A stretch of DNA of 56,486 bases from Welwitschia mirabilis (GCA_051453625.1 JBOZIK010000001.1:46182951-46239436); one strand, 5' to 3'. Counted from the stretch's first letter, positions 1 through 14,725 are shown. Translations and numbers: made by a program. The notes: generated by a model from the letters alone, not told the origin.

Positions 1-537
1 CCTACAAAATACATAACGGAATTTTCCATATTCCAAGTTGTTACCTACAAAATAAAATACAAGCCTTAGCACATCTTTATGTAACAATTGGTATTTTGAA
101 AAGCATATTTAAGTATCATTTTATTCATGTTCTAATACTTTAAAAGTATTATTATTTCTATTTGCTCCTATTTCTGTAGCTAAACATAAATCAGGGTAAT
201 TAATAAAACTTAGAAATAAGTAGTGTCTAGCATCTCATTTAATTTCTATTATGTTTCATTCCTTTCTTCTTTTCCCCTCTATTATAACATATGTGCATAA
301 TAACTTAGATGTAATAANNNNNNNNNNNNNNNNNNNNNNNNNNNNNNNNNNNNNNNNNNNNNNNNNNNNNNNNNNNNNNAATGGTTGAATCTTAATTATT
401 TCTTTAATAAGCCTTTGGTTATTTTTATTTAATGGTGTGAGCTTATTTTAGGTTAAAAGTAGCATAATTTCTACATTTTTTAGTATTATTTTATATTATT
501 ATATGATATTTTCTACAATTATTTCACCACATAAGCA
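1..537 (+). repeat. 3' part of an LTR of the same family as Gypsy F (3' LTR or solo LTR)
   Basis: About 37-537 aligns with the reverse complement of about 40004-40515 (e.g. TTATTTCACCACATAAGCA vs TTATTTCACCACATAATCA). It ends in CA at 537 and no PBS follows. It contains a 62-N gap (318-379) of about the size predicted from the homolog. Confidence 0.8.
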
Positions 538-2712
538 TCCATCACATGGATTATTAAACCAAAATAAAAATAAAAACTAAATGTAATATGAATATAAATC
601 ACATGACATGAATTTGAAAGTCAAAATTATTTATGATAAAAGACCTCAAGAACTAAACAAAATGTGTAAACAATAAATGTCAAGATTTAATGGACATCAA
701 AATCTTACCTTTAAATAATGAGCATGCAAAATCATAATGAATGTCATAGATAAGCACATTATGTAAATTCTTATTAAATAATAAAAACTAAGCATGACAT
801 TAAAAACAATAATAACCATATGGTCTACTTGGGCATAACCACTCACCACATGTAATCAAAATAGTATTAGACATGAATTCTTAATGGGCAGTTTCATAGT
901 AAAGAAAAAGTATCACAAAATTGGAAGAATAAGCACAATAAAACTAGTCATACATAACATGATTTCTTTCCTTATCCATTCCTTCCTTAGGTAGCACAAA
1001 ATTAAACTTGAATGACAAACATCAGGGCCTTTTTCTTTATAACAAATTTTTCCACACCCAAAATTTAACTTCCAATGTCTTTGAAATCATGTGAGGGATA
1101 CAAGATATTCTATGCATGCAATTTAAAACTATGTCCAATAGGAATTCAATGAAATAAATCTTAAATGAGCAATTCTAAGCAACAAAAATGCTATAACCTC
1201 ATCATTGGCAAACATTTCAATAAGCATACATTGCTAATAATACAATATAAACTTAACCCTAAGGATGCAGTTTCCTCACATGACCATAAGCCATGAATTA
1301 AAAAAAACTATCATAAACATAGGCCATAAACAAAAAAATCCTAGTATAGTGTCCATTAAAATCCATTTATGCCTTATTAATGTAATGCAGGGGGCATGGA
1401 TTCATTTTTCCATGTTTTAATTTCTAGTTTTTAATCATTGAATTCCTTTTTACATTTTCATTTTTAATTTTTAATTATCTTCAAACTCATCCCTAGGCAT
1501 TACTAACATCTCTAAATTAAGACATTAAGCCCTACCATAATCATATTTTATCCAAGATATCAAGCCCTTACATAATACAATGCACTAGCATTCTTTCACC
1601 AAGGTGAGATATCATGCTTAGGTGTAATATCCACATTCTATTTCTCCTACTCTAATGATAAGCCATTCTTTGAGATACTCTCTCTAGGCATGAAATTTTC
1701 ATACCATCATCTTTTATGCTTTTTCTCATACTTTTCATCATTCACTCATCCTTTTACCTTTTCTTGCAGAAGGGAGTTTTTAGCTATTGCTCCTTCAACT
1801 TTTTTATCTTTTTCAATCCCTTAATATAACATGGAGTTATTACTTTAATGATAGTATGTTAACCTTGATAACACAAATAACTTTAACATTTCCATTGTCA
1901 GCGTCACTAAAGAGGATATCTCACTTAAGGCCTAGATCCTTTAGGACCTATACTTAAGAAGTCTAAATATAAAAATAAAGATCTTACAACTAATACACTT
2001 GCTAATATTAATGTTCATACTCCCAATAATTAGAAGGTCCTTTAGTATGGAAACTCATTGTCATGCAATATTCATGCCAATTTGATTCATGTTCTAATAA
2101 TATATTCTAAAGATTTTGTATGATCTTGTTCAGATATGCCATGTCTTAGCCCAACTATTATTTAGTATAAAATTATCCTAAACCACATAATTAAGTTCGT
2201 CAAGTAGAAGTTCCATAAAATGCATTCCAAATTCTACATCATTATGAAACAAGAATTAGATAAACTTGTAATTATGGATTTCATCCAATCAATGTATTAC
2301 TCCAAAGGGATTAGTAACATGGCAATTATCGCAAAGCAAAATGGAGCCTTTAGAGTTTTAATCAACTTGAGGAACTATTAGTGAGTAATGTGAATTTTGA
2401 AATAAAAATGCAAATTAGAAATCTTAAATCTAAAGTTGTATCCTTTAATCCAAATTTTCACTTCTTAATCTAAATTTTCACCTTGAAATCCAAATACTAG
2501 CAAAAAATCCAAATTTCTAGCTTTAATTTGAATTCCTCATTAAATGCAAATTTTCAAATTACTTAAAAATTTGGATTAAAGATGTATTTTATGTTAAAAC
2601 ATTTAGACTAATGTAATTTTGCTAAAAATCCAAACTTTAGAACTTAAATTCAAGATAGAATGAATTTGGATTAAATCCAAATGTAAATAAATCTAAATAT
2701 GGGATGGTTACA
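538..2712 (-). repeat. Probable long LTR fragment of another LTR retrotransposon
   Basis: Terminus GGGATGGTTACA at 2701-2712 (TGTAACCATCCC on the minus strand) is a typical Gypsy LTR end. No partner copy or coding signal in the window. Confidence 0.35.
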
Positions 2713-3882
2713 CAAAATTTGAATTAAAATTATTTTTCATTTCTAGTTGTTTGAAGGAAGAAGGAAATATGATAAAAATGCTAAAATCCAAACATGATAG
2801 ATATAAGGGGATTAACCCCCAAATAAGGGGTATCTATAACTACTTTAGAAGAGATAAAAATAAAATAATGTTTCCAACAAAAAAGTGTAGGGACAAAAAT
2901 AGAAAACACTCAGAAATCATTAAAAGTGCTAAAATTATAGTAGTTAATAAGAAAGCCATCACCATTAATTCCAAGTCATCAATAAGCTCAAGAGAGTCAT
3001 CTTCTTTAGTTTTTATTTCATTATTTGTTAAAATATTAAGAGCTACATATCGTTTTTTTTTTACTCATTTCATCTCTAATATAACATTTTGAACTTCTAT
3101 TTACTATGTTGTTGCATATTTAAGTCTAGGCAATTTAGATTTAATCTAAAAATTAAATTTCTGTCTTAGAAAATATTTTCTTTACCTTAATTTTTGGACT
3201 TGAAATGTCTATAATTTATTTAAATTCTAAAATATGTAATTGTAGTTTCTATAATTTAAACTTGTTTTACCATAGATTTAGATTTAGAACATTGTTCCTT
3301 TAATTTTCATGCTTCTAAATGTAGAATCTATTTGAAATAAATTGGATTTTCATCATTAGTAGGCATATTCTTAGAGAAATCCATTTGTATATTTTGAATC
3401 TATTTTCATTAAATTGAAATTAAAACTTCATTATGGAATTTGCATTTGCTGATAAAGAAATAAATTAAATTATAGGAATGTAGATTTTTAGTTATTTAAA
3501 TCTTTATTTTGATCCTTTATTTCTACAAACCACTTTGATTTTTAGAAAATCAAATTCCCCATCATTTTGAATTATGTTTTAGAATTTAGATTTAAATTAA
3601 ATCTATTTTACCTAAGATTAAAATGGAAATAATGTAAACTCCAATAATTTTAATTTTATTATTTTGATCACCATTATAAGTTCTTAAATCTCAAAAATTA
3701 AGTAAACCTCAAAAATCAACTTTGATCTTAAAATCTAAGCTTTCTTTATTTATATTTATCTTACCCTTATTCAATTGATATTATAATAATAAATTTCTAG
3801 GTTAAAATTCAAAGTTTTATTTTTCATTAATTTAGGCAAATAAATCGTCTACCTAAATTAACTAATTAAGTGGTCATTTACA
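2713..3882. repeat. Probable LTR fragment ending GGTCATTTACA
   Basis: LTR-like terminus at 3871-3882, directly abutting the clipped start of the element C LTR. Non-coding, with no partner in the window. Confidence 0.3.
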
Positions 3883-4548
3883 ACATGTAAAAATTGACAT
3901 TTATCTCAAGTATATCAAGATAATTTATCATAGTAAAAATATTTAATTAATTGTTTTAATCATAAAAATATGTCTTTTATCTTTTTTAATGTCATAGTTG
4001 AATGTATGTGTTTTTCTTTCATATTTTTAGATGTTCAATTGCATTATCGAATATACTTTGAAAGATGATATACTATGTAAAATGTTGATGACATCTATTA
4101 CCTATACAATGGCACTAATAACTTTCAAAGATGATCTTTAGACTTATGACATGGATTTACCATGGGAAATCAAGTAGTTTTTGGTTGTGGATCTAGTTAG
4201 TTACTACATCAAAATCATTTGTTATATCCCATCATAAAATAATCAAAACAACGATGGCATTAGTGAGATGTGATGGTAGCATTATTTGGTGAAAGAATCC
4301 CACTCTAAAGGTGACGTGTTGGACTTATCATGAATATCCACTCCAGTACATGCTATAAAATAAAGATTCCAAATACCCTACCTAACATAAAAGGATAAAG
4401 AATTCTAGCCATGCCAACCCTAGCTCAATTTATAAAAAAGTCTAATTTCTTCTATAATATCTTGAGCCAATGAGAGAATTTTATCCTTAAAAGTAAAGAA
4501 GCCTTCTAGAATGTCTTTCTAATTTTCTATCCATTGAAAATAGGATAG

Positions 4549-5870
4549 TATTAACATGCAAAAGTTGGAATTTTAATTAAGTTAATTAACTAAATTATCC
4601 TAATATAAGATATTAACATAATTAATTTATCATAAAAACATGTCTTCTATTCGTTTTCACAATAATTATGGACTTATCATTTGTTGATGACATTTTTAAG
4701 GTCCTTAATGCATTTTAAAGGTTATGCCAAAGTTTGATGATTATCAAAGCAAGAACACCAGTACTTCCATCCAGGACTAGTAAAACTGCCAATCTATGAG
4801 AATAAAACACTTTAATTCTTACATTCTTGATTTTTCATGAAGTATTAAATCAAATATAGCTATGGGCTTAATCGAATTCCACACATAAAATAAATTGGAT
4901 TTTTAATGATATATGATCGTGATGAATCAGAGTATTAACATATGGCATCACTGAGCATGATGATGATGGAGACACATGGTAATGATAGTGGCTGGCTGTA
5001 ACTATAGCATCCAAGTATCAACTGTTAGCATCATCATAAAAATATCTACCAAATGTAAAAGATGATAAACCACCCTACCTAATGCCATTATTATGTAACT
5101 ACTCATCTAATGCTACAAGCTAAAATCTTGTAACTAATCTCCACTCCCTCATTTACCTATTAAAGGTTCTTGAGGGCTTCATTGTAATATCTTCATTTGG
5201 ATAAATGTAGAATCTTTGAATCATTAGTTATGATAATCTTATAAGCACCTATTTGAGGAGTGATCTTACTTTTAAGGATTGTCTAGAATGTCCTTTTTGC
5301 TTCCTTTATTTTGATGTAATCTACCTTGTTTTTTTGAGTTAATACTAAGGAGTGTTTTCTTTTGATTGAATGCTTTAGAAACATGTACTATCAAATTTAC
5401 TTTGATTAACTAAGTGAATTTGTTAAGTTATTTAATCTAAGTCTTTGTAGATTCCTAGGTTTTATGCACCATAAGTTTACATTTTCTATTTTCATTACAA
5501 GGCTAAGAAGGAGCACTAACTTGCAACTTCACCAATACTCATATGTTGAATGAGATTATGTCATCATGACCTAGGCCTTTACACTTGATGATCTAAAGTT
5601 TCTTTCAGGGTAAGGCAACACATGGTTATGTGAGGACTTATGAAGAATGAGTCGAGTGATTCCTTGGAGTTTACTTGCTTCTCCACTTTTTCTATAAACT
5701 TTTAAATACAATTCTGAAATCCCTCTTTTTCCTTATTTTCGTTTTCATTATAACTTGCATAAAGGAAAAGTTAGTGTAAAACTTTTCAATCACTACCCAT
5801 GTTAATCCTATGAAAAAGTTAATACTAAGTGCAAACTCAGTGAAATCTAGTCCATTGTAAAACACAACCA
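4549..5870 (+). repeat. 5' LTR of element B
   Basis: Starts TATTAACATGCAAAA and ends AAACACAACCA. Colinear with 10694-10759 plus 19182-20464. Confidence 0.85.
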
Positions 5871-5875
5871 GATTT

Positions 5876-5893
5876 TGGCACTATTGTTAAGGA
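5876..5893 (+). promoter_or_regulatory. Primer binding site (tRNA-Asp type, degenerate) of B
   Basis: TGGCACTATTGTTAAGGA vs the Athila-type TGGCGCCGTTGCCGGGGA. All mismatches are C>T or G>A. It lies 5 bp after the LTR end. Confidence 0.8.
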
Positions 5894-6949
5894 TAATGAC
5901 AAGGTAGTAGTTTAGAAGAGCATGTACTTTACATTATGCAAAGTTTTTACATAGTTTTCACTTTTTTAGTGGCTGGTACTAGTACATTCTAGTGCTATCC
6001 AAATGAGTCCTTGTTTTGCTGCTTTTTTTTATTGCTTTTTAGTAGTTGTTATTAGTCATTCCTATGATACCCAAACTAGTTTGATTTGCTTTTGCTTTTT
6101 TTATCTAACTTATTTTATTTTGTAGGTCTAACAGTTTTTTTATAGATTAAGGATAAAACTTAAAAATTAAAAATTTAATTATGTGTTTTTCTTTATTCTC
6201 TATGTTTTTAATTCATTTTTCTAATTTTTTATTTTGCAAATTCACTTCATCATTAAAATGTTAAAAGATTTTTTATGATTACATTAATAATTGGGTTATA
6301 AATGCTCATGTTATTTATTGTAGTTTTATTTATCTTTGGCCTCAATACACAAAACATTTTATAAGAGATATGCAAAATGTTGTGAAAAATTTAAGACTAT
6401 AATTTGTACCTAGACCAGTGTTGCCACCTATCCTAACTAGTGTCATTATATTTTATAATGCTTTCACTCTGATCTTTTATTTAAGTACTCTGTTTAAACC
6501 CAAAAAACATTTAGCCTTATAGAATTTATAAAAACTAATCTAAGACCTATATGAGACTAGCCTAAACCTGTCTTGATATGTCTTAGATCTACAATGAGTT
6601 TAGAAGATTAATTAGGAATCCCTTAAATAATATAAACCCCTAGACTAATCCAAGAAGTTTATGATGAAATAAATACTATGATGATAATCAAAGGGACTAA
6701 GCCTTCTCTTCTAAAAATGACCCACATAATAATTAATAGAACTCTTTATCCCAATAACAATAAGATCCAAATGATTCATTTAGTGAAGTCAGATCTAATA
6801 AAGAACTAATTACCCAACTAATGGCCTATTACCTTACCTAAAAGGCAACCAAAAGACAAGCCATTGCAGCTAATACTAATCAACCTAGGAAAATCCTTCA
6901 TGATTATCTCTAATCATAATACCTAGGAACACCTTCATGCATCATGATA

Positions 6950-9050
6950 CCATCCATAAATCAAAGATTAGAGTTTAAGCCCTTAATTATCCAACTTTAT
7001 CTCACTTCTATGGCCTAGAATTCAAGGATCCATACCTTTACTTAAGGAATTGAAGTGTGTCCTATCAATTGTGCCTTAATATTAAAACACTTATGATTTC
7101 ATTAGGCTTACTTATTTCTTTTTTCCTTAAAAAAAAAGGAAAAATGTTGGTTATACAGCCTCAAATCCTTTTCTCCAAGAATTTGAATGAATCTAAATAA
7201 GGCTTTCATCTTCAAATTCTTTCCCAATCATAAAATAAACATCTTAAGAAAAGAAATCATGAACATCTAGTAAAAAGACCATGAGTTATTTTCCCAAACT
7301 TTAGAATGATTCAAATACTTATTATAAAAATTCCTCCAATATGGTTTTGATCCAAGAAGGAAAATAAGCTTTTCTTATAATGAATTAACCATAATTAATA
7401 GGCAACTAGTTGAGAGGATGAGCTGGGAAAATTTTCTTAAAATGTCTTTAGACAAAGTTTGAATATACCTTAAGAGTATACTTGACAGTTTCAAAAATTA
7501 GAAGAAGCCTGTAGAATTATCTAGATCTTATCATCTTATTAGATCCATAAGTATGTTTAAAGTTTCCAAAAGTTTTGAAATGGATAATAGCATAAATGAA
7601 TCAGCATAAAGAGTAGAATCCTTAACTGCGTCACCTTCATCTTTACCCTTGGTAGCTAAACTAGAATGTCTTCTTTACCATATTAATATCTATGAAACAA
7701 TCAAATTTCTATCCATTCCTTTATTTCAAAATACTATTAATGAACAAGTTAATGTAGTAGAGCACCAGTGGTAAAATCACAAAAATAAGCCTTACTTGAA
7801 TATATATAACCCTGAGTAGAGGAATCACACCAACTTTTCTTCAAATAAGACAATCAAATTAGTCAACCAAGAAATCCTTATCCTTTATCATTTTCCCATC
7901 ATTTTCTATCTAATTACAAAAAACCACCTCCATCTAATCATTTTGAGGAATCAGTAAGTAAATTCATGGAAAATTAATTTCAAATCAACTACAATCATGA
8001 ATTAATACTTAAGCAACAATTTTCACCTTTAACCAACCTCAAAAAAAAAAACACACGATCTATCTCATAAATTCTCCAATTTGTTTAATAGATCCAGACC
8101 TAGATTTTATCTATCTTAAGATCCAAAAAAACTCCTAATGAGTGTTCAACCAAATTCAAATTAGAAGAAGGATTAAACCAGTTAGATTATAGAAGAAGGA
8201 TTAAACCACTTAGATTAAACCAAGGTTATTCATTTCAGAAATGGGAGAGAAATTAACCAAGATTTAACCCAAAGATAATCTCAAGATGGAGGGAGAAAAG
8301 GAAAAGACACAACTCCTTATGAAGAACCTTTACCCTTTCCTTAATCTTTGAATAAAGAAAAGGTAAAAAATTTTAAAAACATTTGCCAATTTATAAAGAG
8401 CCTTTACCTTTTTGCCAATATCTTTGAAAAGATAACATAAAAAAACAACAATCAAAGGCCATAGAAATTTTTAATGAAGTTAAAATCAATATGCTTTTGT
8501 TAGAAGCAATTAAAAGGGTGCCCTCATACACAACATTTCTCATAGATATGTGTATGACAAAGAGACACATGAATGTTAAGAACAAAGCCTTTTTAGCCTA
8601 AGAAACTAGTACAATAACCTAGAATTAGTTTCCACCTATATATAAAGATTCAGGTTTCCCAACCATAACCATTACAATTGGAGATAAAAACATGAAAAAA
8701 GCATTATTACATCTAAGGGTAAGTACCAACATCCTACCCCATTATATATACAAGGAACTTATCTTAAATGATCTTAAATTTAGTAGCATCTAATTTTAAT
8801 TGGTAATATATCTATGAAGTTACTATTGGAAATAGTTGAACATGTAATAGTTTAAGTAGGTAATTTCTAGTTTGCAATAGACTTCACAGTTCTAGAAATG
8901 AACACAATGAAATGCAACTCAGTGGCTATCATTTTAGGAATACCTTTTCTTGTAATTCCAATACCCTAATTAATTGTAGGAATGATTAAATGAAGATATC
9001 ATTTAGTAACATGAATTTAAAATTAAACATTTTTAACACAATAAAATTAA
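6950..9050 (+). pseudogene. gag: Degenerate gag + aspartic protease of B
   Basis: LSHFYGLEFKDPYL (about 6996-7040, Athila gag LPKFHG..DPY motif), YKDSGFPTITITIG, ALLHLRVSTNILP (about 8701, protease ALLDLGASVN), and ORF 8990-9265 MKISFSNMNLKLNIFN. Many stops and frameshifts. Confidence 0.8.
8162..8217 (+). repeat. 28-bp tandem duplication inside B gag
   Basis: TAGAAGAAGGATTAAACCA(G/C)TTAGATTA x2. Confidence 0.85.
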
Positions 9051-10759
9051 TAAGTGATTCTAAAGAGGTTAACAAGACTAATGAAATGTATGATTCAAGT
9101 TGTTCTCCTAATGAGTCAAATAATTTACATTATATGCCATCATGTCAATGTTACTTCTCTAACTTAGATCCTAAAATTTATAATCCTTTTAAGTCTTCAT
9201 CATTAATTCATCATATAAAAACCCAATTTTTGCCTAATAATGATTTTCTCTTGAATATCCCATAGCATCATCACTTATTCCACCACACCTTTGATCCATT
9301 CCAAACACCTAATCCATCTTCAAACCATCTCATTAAGCCTACAAACCATTCATCCTAGTCATACACTTATGAATTTATAAGACTAACAAACCTATATTAA
9401 TGGCCCTTAAACAAAAATCAATAATAAGCTATCTTGTTATTAGCTAAGTAATAGTTATGATCAAGTGTACTTATGAGTTTTTTAGGGGGAAAGCACCTAT
9501 TTTGAGTTTATTGATTAAGATCACATTCACTTAGGATCTCTAATTTTAATTAAACTTGGTTTAAAATGTGGGATCTACCTTTGTATATTTTTCTTAAGTT
9601 TAAGTCCTTTGATGAAGTAAGATTTTTCTTGATTAGGCTAATATGCCAATGATCCCTTTAAATGTGCATAAAATTTGAGCATGAGAATATGAACGAAAGA
9701 AAATAATATATGTCTTCTCCATATGCAAATATTATTAATCGCCTAACTGGGTTTACTTAACTATGTTGGGGCTATGGACACTCATTAATAATGCATCTCT
9801 AATGATCTAATAATAATATAATCAACTACATTGGAGCTATAACTGCTTGTTAGCAATGTAGTAGATATTTCTACATAAAACAACATGCTTAATTCTATTG
9901 GCAAAAAGTGTTGTAACATTGGATGCTTCATGTGATTCAAAGGCTTAAACTAAGAACATATATACTAGTGGAAAAATAAAATAATGAAAAATAAAAGTGG
10001 GAATCAAAGCCCTTCAGTGTTTTTTCTATATTTTAACTTATGCTCTTAGGAATTGCTATGATTTATTGAATTTATATAAGTTACTTTTTCAAGATTACAG
10101 TTAATTTATTTTAAGATTCATTAAAAAAAGAAAAATACAAAAACATAATAATGGTCATTAGCTTAGAAAAGTGTGATCACTTGTTCCTCATTTCTATGGT
10201 TTAGTCCTTTAGCACATGTTCATTTTCCATCTCCATAATTCAGTTTACTTTACTACCCTTTCATGAGAAATAAATTATAACGCATTAACCATTTTATGAA
10301 TGGACTTTTCATTTAAATTTTAATAAATTAATCATTTCACATTAGTTAAATTTTCCTTTTTATAGATTCACTACATCATTTTGCATGGTTTTCAATAAAA
10401 GGACTTATTTTAATCTTTCTAAAGTTATGTTGTTAAATTGTTTCAATGCTTTCCACCACATAACTTTAAGGATAGAGTTTAGTTTTAGTTTGGAGGTATG
10501 ACATCCAATTTTAACATCGTTTTTCATACAATTTTTCATTTTGATGTCTTAATTATAGAAAATTATGATAAAATTTTTCAAAGTTATATTATTTTTCATA
10601 CTTGATCACTTCGACTTGGGTAATTTTTCCATGTTTAAACATACTGTTATTAACTTTTTGCTAAGACACAAGTAAAAGTCTAATTAGGAGGTGCATTAAC
10701 ATGTAAAAATTGATATTTTAATCAAGTTAATTGACTAATTTATCTTAATGGAAGACATT

Positions 10760-12311
10760 TGAGGGGAGGGGTAAATGAGTTCCATCAAATAAAAAATTAA
10801 AACTAATAATAAAATGATAATGCATAATGAAAATACCTTATTAAGATCACGAGGTTTTCCAACATGTTTATGTTCACACATAGAGGGTAGCTTTTATTTA
10901 CACCTTTGGATATTCTTGACCTATAAGAAAATAGTGGTTTTTTGACATGCCACTAACCTTATAATAAGTGAGAGTCTCCTCATAAGGCAACACTCTCTTC
11001 CCCATAGGGAAATAGTGGTTTTCACCTATGCATCATGAACCTTACAATAATGAGAGTCTCCTCATAAGATAGCACTCTCTTTCCTATAAGGAAATAGTGG
11101 TTTTTATAGGTGCACCATGAACCTTATAACAATGAGAGTCTTCTTACAAGGCAACACCCTCTTCCCCCTAAGGAAATGGTGGTTTTCACAAGTGCACCAT
11201 GAACACAAGTACTATCTTAAATGCACATCCCTATAAGGTTTACCTTACAAAGAGATTAGTTCAATAATGGACTTACAACAATATTCAATAATAAGATAGT
11301 TCAAAAAATTAAGTACCACAAATACAATAACAACAAGCTTGAAGATGTAGCTTTAGATAAGACTTGAGTTCCTTGTTATCGTTATTATCGTCACAAGTAT
11401 AAATGAATAATACAACAAAGAGGGATCTAAGAATAAATGATGTAGATAATACTAACTTCTTTTTAAATGATGTAGTTGATTCTTTATGAGATGTTATTTT
11501 CACTCATATGATCTTCATTCTATATTTGATCTAATCATTAAGTGCCAAAAGTTTAAGAGCTATGTATTTGTTGAAGTTACAAAAGTTGTGATTTGTTTTG
11601 TGATGTCAATCCTTAATATGATTAAAGAGGATATAGTTTTTTGATCTTAAACAGTAATTACTTAACTTTGTAACTACTATGAAATGAATATGAAACACCT
11701 AGGTGTTAAGTGTATATATTCGTTTTTCATCAACATGAACTTTGATTCGATACATCTTCATATTTGTAGACATCTATTGACAATCAGAGATATTCACCTT
11801 ATAGATGTCTTTAGTGAACGTACCTAGATTTTGATGAAAATTTCTCTATATGATCCTTGGATCTCTGTAATCATGAGCCATGATGTATAAATTGATTGCT
11901 CACCTGAAACATAAGATATTAGTTGAAATCAAAATTGACTCTATTACCTATTTTGACTTAGTATATATGTCTTCAGACATGTAGATGTCCTCATCTATCT
12001 CAAGTTTAACTTTTAGTATAGTCATCTTTGATGAGATAATTATCTTAAGCCTGTGACTTAAATTCTAGTACATTAGAGACATCTTCAGTTTCCTAGATGT
12101 CTTCATCAATGATGTCTTTAATTTTCCATATAATATCTTTAAATAACCAATTTTGCAATTTATCAATTGATCCTTTTCATGGGATATTAACTTTAAAGAT
12201 ATATCATAATCTAATTCTTATCAAGGTGTGATGTTCTCTTTGCAATGATCTATCTACATAAAGACATAAAATATTGGATAAGTGAAATCATTAAAATAAG
12301 ATTTACTAAAA
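10760..12311 (-). repeat. 3' LTR of Copia A
   Basis: Colinear with 17617-19176. Next to the PPT (ATTCCCTCCTTTTT on + at about 12312-12325). Confidence 0.85.
10923..11205. repeat. ~82-bp tandem array (about 3.5 copies) in the LTR of A; equivalent array at about 17789-18080
   Basis: Unit ATAAGGAAATAGTGGTTTTC...CATGAACCTTACAATAATGAGAGTCTCCTCATAAGGCAACACTCTCTTCCC starts at 10923, 11004, 11086 and 11168. Confidence 0.9.
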
Positions 12312-13089
12312 ATTCCCTCCTTTTTGATGATGTTCAAAACTTAGTAAATCTCATTAGTACAATCTCCTCTAAGAAACTAAAATTAGATACTTATATTCTA
12401 AAGAAATATTCTAAAGAAATGCACATAAACAATGTTTTCAATAGTATTGGAAAAAACATGATATTAACCACTTGAAAAATAAATAAAGGCACAAGTATAT
12501 ATGATTTAATTAATCAAATAAAGGCACATAGACATTTGATATGACATTTAACAATGTTAAAAACTTGAGTAAAAAGGATATTCTATCAATAATGTGCCAA
12601 TAGTATATTAGAGAATAAGCTCGTGATAATTTACTAGACAAAAATCAAAGCATGTTAAGGTGGCATTGTATTAGCAATATATAGCATGAAGATTATGAAA
12701 AATGTATTAATCAATAATAAAAATCAGATTATAATATTTTATAGATATACCAATGAAATCATGAAATTAAAACATGAGATATCAATAGAAAAAGTATGCC
12801 AACAATAAATGTGCCAAATAATATCAATAGAAATAATAGAAACATACTAATAATGTGTTCCAAAATATCATGAGTACTCATTAACATTAATGGTGATACT
12901 TGGGAATTCAATTCAATATCTATAAACAAAAACTCTAAGCCCAATAGAGTACCCTCAAACTAAAACTTAAAGTCCCTAACTAATCTTCCATTGATCTGTT
13001 TAATTGGATTTATTAACCACTAATTTATCCATTGATTTATCAATAAACATTTCCCCCTTTTTAAATAGTAGAGAAAAAGGTTTTAAGCA

Positions 13090-14725
13090 CTGAGAGTGGA
13101 GTCATTGCTTTTAGGGGTGATGTAGTTTAGTTAGGTATAGGATGAGGAAGATATGGGTGATGAAGTATGGTGTCCTAAAGGGGCTCTGAGATGTCTCACC
13201 TGGGCTCTTAAAGGCCTGTCTCCTCATACATTAGTATGTTTGAGGGGTTTTAGGAGTGATAGATGTCCTAAAGAAACTAGTGATGGATATCTAGTAGAAT
13301 ATGGAGGTTACTACATGGAGGAAAGTGGTTCTACCTGAATAGGCTCTATATGAGATGGCAGTGGTAATGATGGACATGAAGGAAGTGGATAAGATACCTA
13401 AGGTAATAAAAATTAGACTATGAAACATGATGAATATGGCTGAGTAGCATGGCAAATAATAATATTATGATGTCAAAAGTAAAATATAAGAGGTAATGCA
13501 TCTAATCGCTTGATCCCTATCTCCTATTATGGCCTCTACAATGAAGGTCCTAGAGCCTGTTGCTCTTCTTATACATGTGCCTTAATGGAAGTCGGGTACT
13601 TTTCCTAAGCTTGTACCTTATCTCTAGATGACTCCTCTGAAGATTCACTATCAGCTGCTCTGTTAGATTCGTAAACTATGTCATGTGGAGCTGAAGTTCC
13701 TACTTCCTCTGCTTCTTTTAACTTATCTTCTGAATCTAACCATGTGGAATTTCTTATGAATTTCCAACCCTCTATCAGTTCCTCACCCTTATTTAGTGTA
13801 GACCTATGTTTCTTTAATCTTAAAAAATTTCTTCTAAACTTATCAACAATTTTTGTGATGGCCTTTAATCCCTTTTTAACTAATGGAGAGATGTGAGTAA
13901 TAGTAAAAAATGATTATTGAAACTGTAATGGCCTCTTACTTGTACCCTCACCTAGTGGCACTATTACTTTGCATTTTTTATTAAACTCTGCTAATGATTT
14001 CTTTTGTCAAATGAGGTCAATTTAAGGAATCAAAATACCTTCACTACTAGACAAGGATGACCAAATGTCTAATCCTTATGAAAAACCATGATAATATCTA
14101 TGCACAAAATAAAACCCAAATCTATCTTTAATCTAAAAAAGTAAATAGTATACTACAAAGGTCTGTGTTGGCTTGAATTAGCTGTTACTAACTTCTCTAA
14201 TCAAAATATTATAAAAAGTGATCAAAATAAGAATTCAGACATCTATAATCATATATTTTCTTTTAGTGTTCTCTAAAAAAATTGTTTTAGTGTGCCTAAA
14301 TAAACATTACTCATATTACATCATGACACACTGATAACTTTAGAACTAAATATTTCCTTAAATGAGTAAGCATAAATATAAGGAATGTTCCTATCATCTA
14401 TAGTAAGCAAGGAATTAATAAAACTAGGAACAATGTATAAAGGAGTATCTCTTACATGTGTTTGAAATGCACCTATGTTATGATCAATTTCATGTATATT
14501 AGCATACAAATATCTTACAACTAGATCCAAAATAGGTTGGCCTAACTAAATAATCATTTTCCATCCAAGTAGAGTAAAATATAGTACAAGGTAATCTCTA
14601 TGATATCTCTAAAAATCAAGAGTTCTTTTTGCAATAATTAAATTTCTAAACCCTGCTCTAAATCTCTTGGTCACCACCTTATGATAGAACTGAGGTCATA
14701 TTATAATTTTACTACTCTAAGGCAT
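13090..14725 (-). pseudogene. Env-like / 'putative plant transposon protein' extra ORF of Copia A
   Basis: Reads PQFYHKVVTKRF...LLGWKMII*LGQPILDLVVRYLYANIHEIDHNIGAFQTHVRDTPLYIVPSFINSLL (includes ORF 14321-14530), followed by an acidic Ser/Glu and Pro-rich tail. Located between gag and the PPT. Confidence 0.65.

Noticed and set aside
2751-3092. 113-aa ORF
   Set aside because: Non-ATG start, low-complexity K/I/S composition, no recognisable domain, and it lies in a probable LTR.
5876-5893. tRNA gene at PBS-like sites
   Set aside because: Only 12-18 nt complementary to tRNA 3' ends, with no cloverleaf. These are primer binding sites.
10923-11205. CRISPR-like periodic repeat (also the 34-bp array at 53938-54073)
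   Set aside because: Whole units are homologous with no unique spacers, there are no cas genes, and the context is a eukaryotic LTR.
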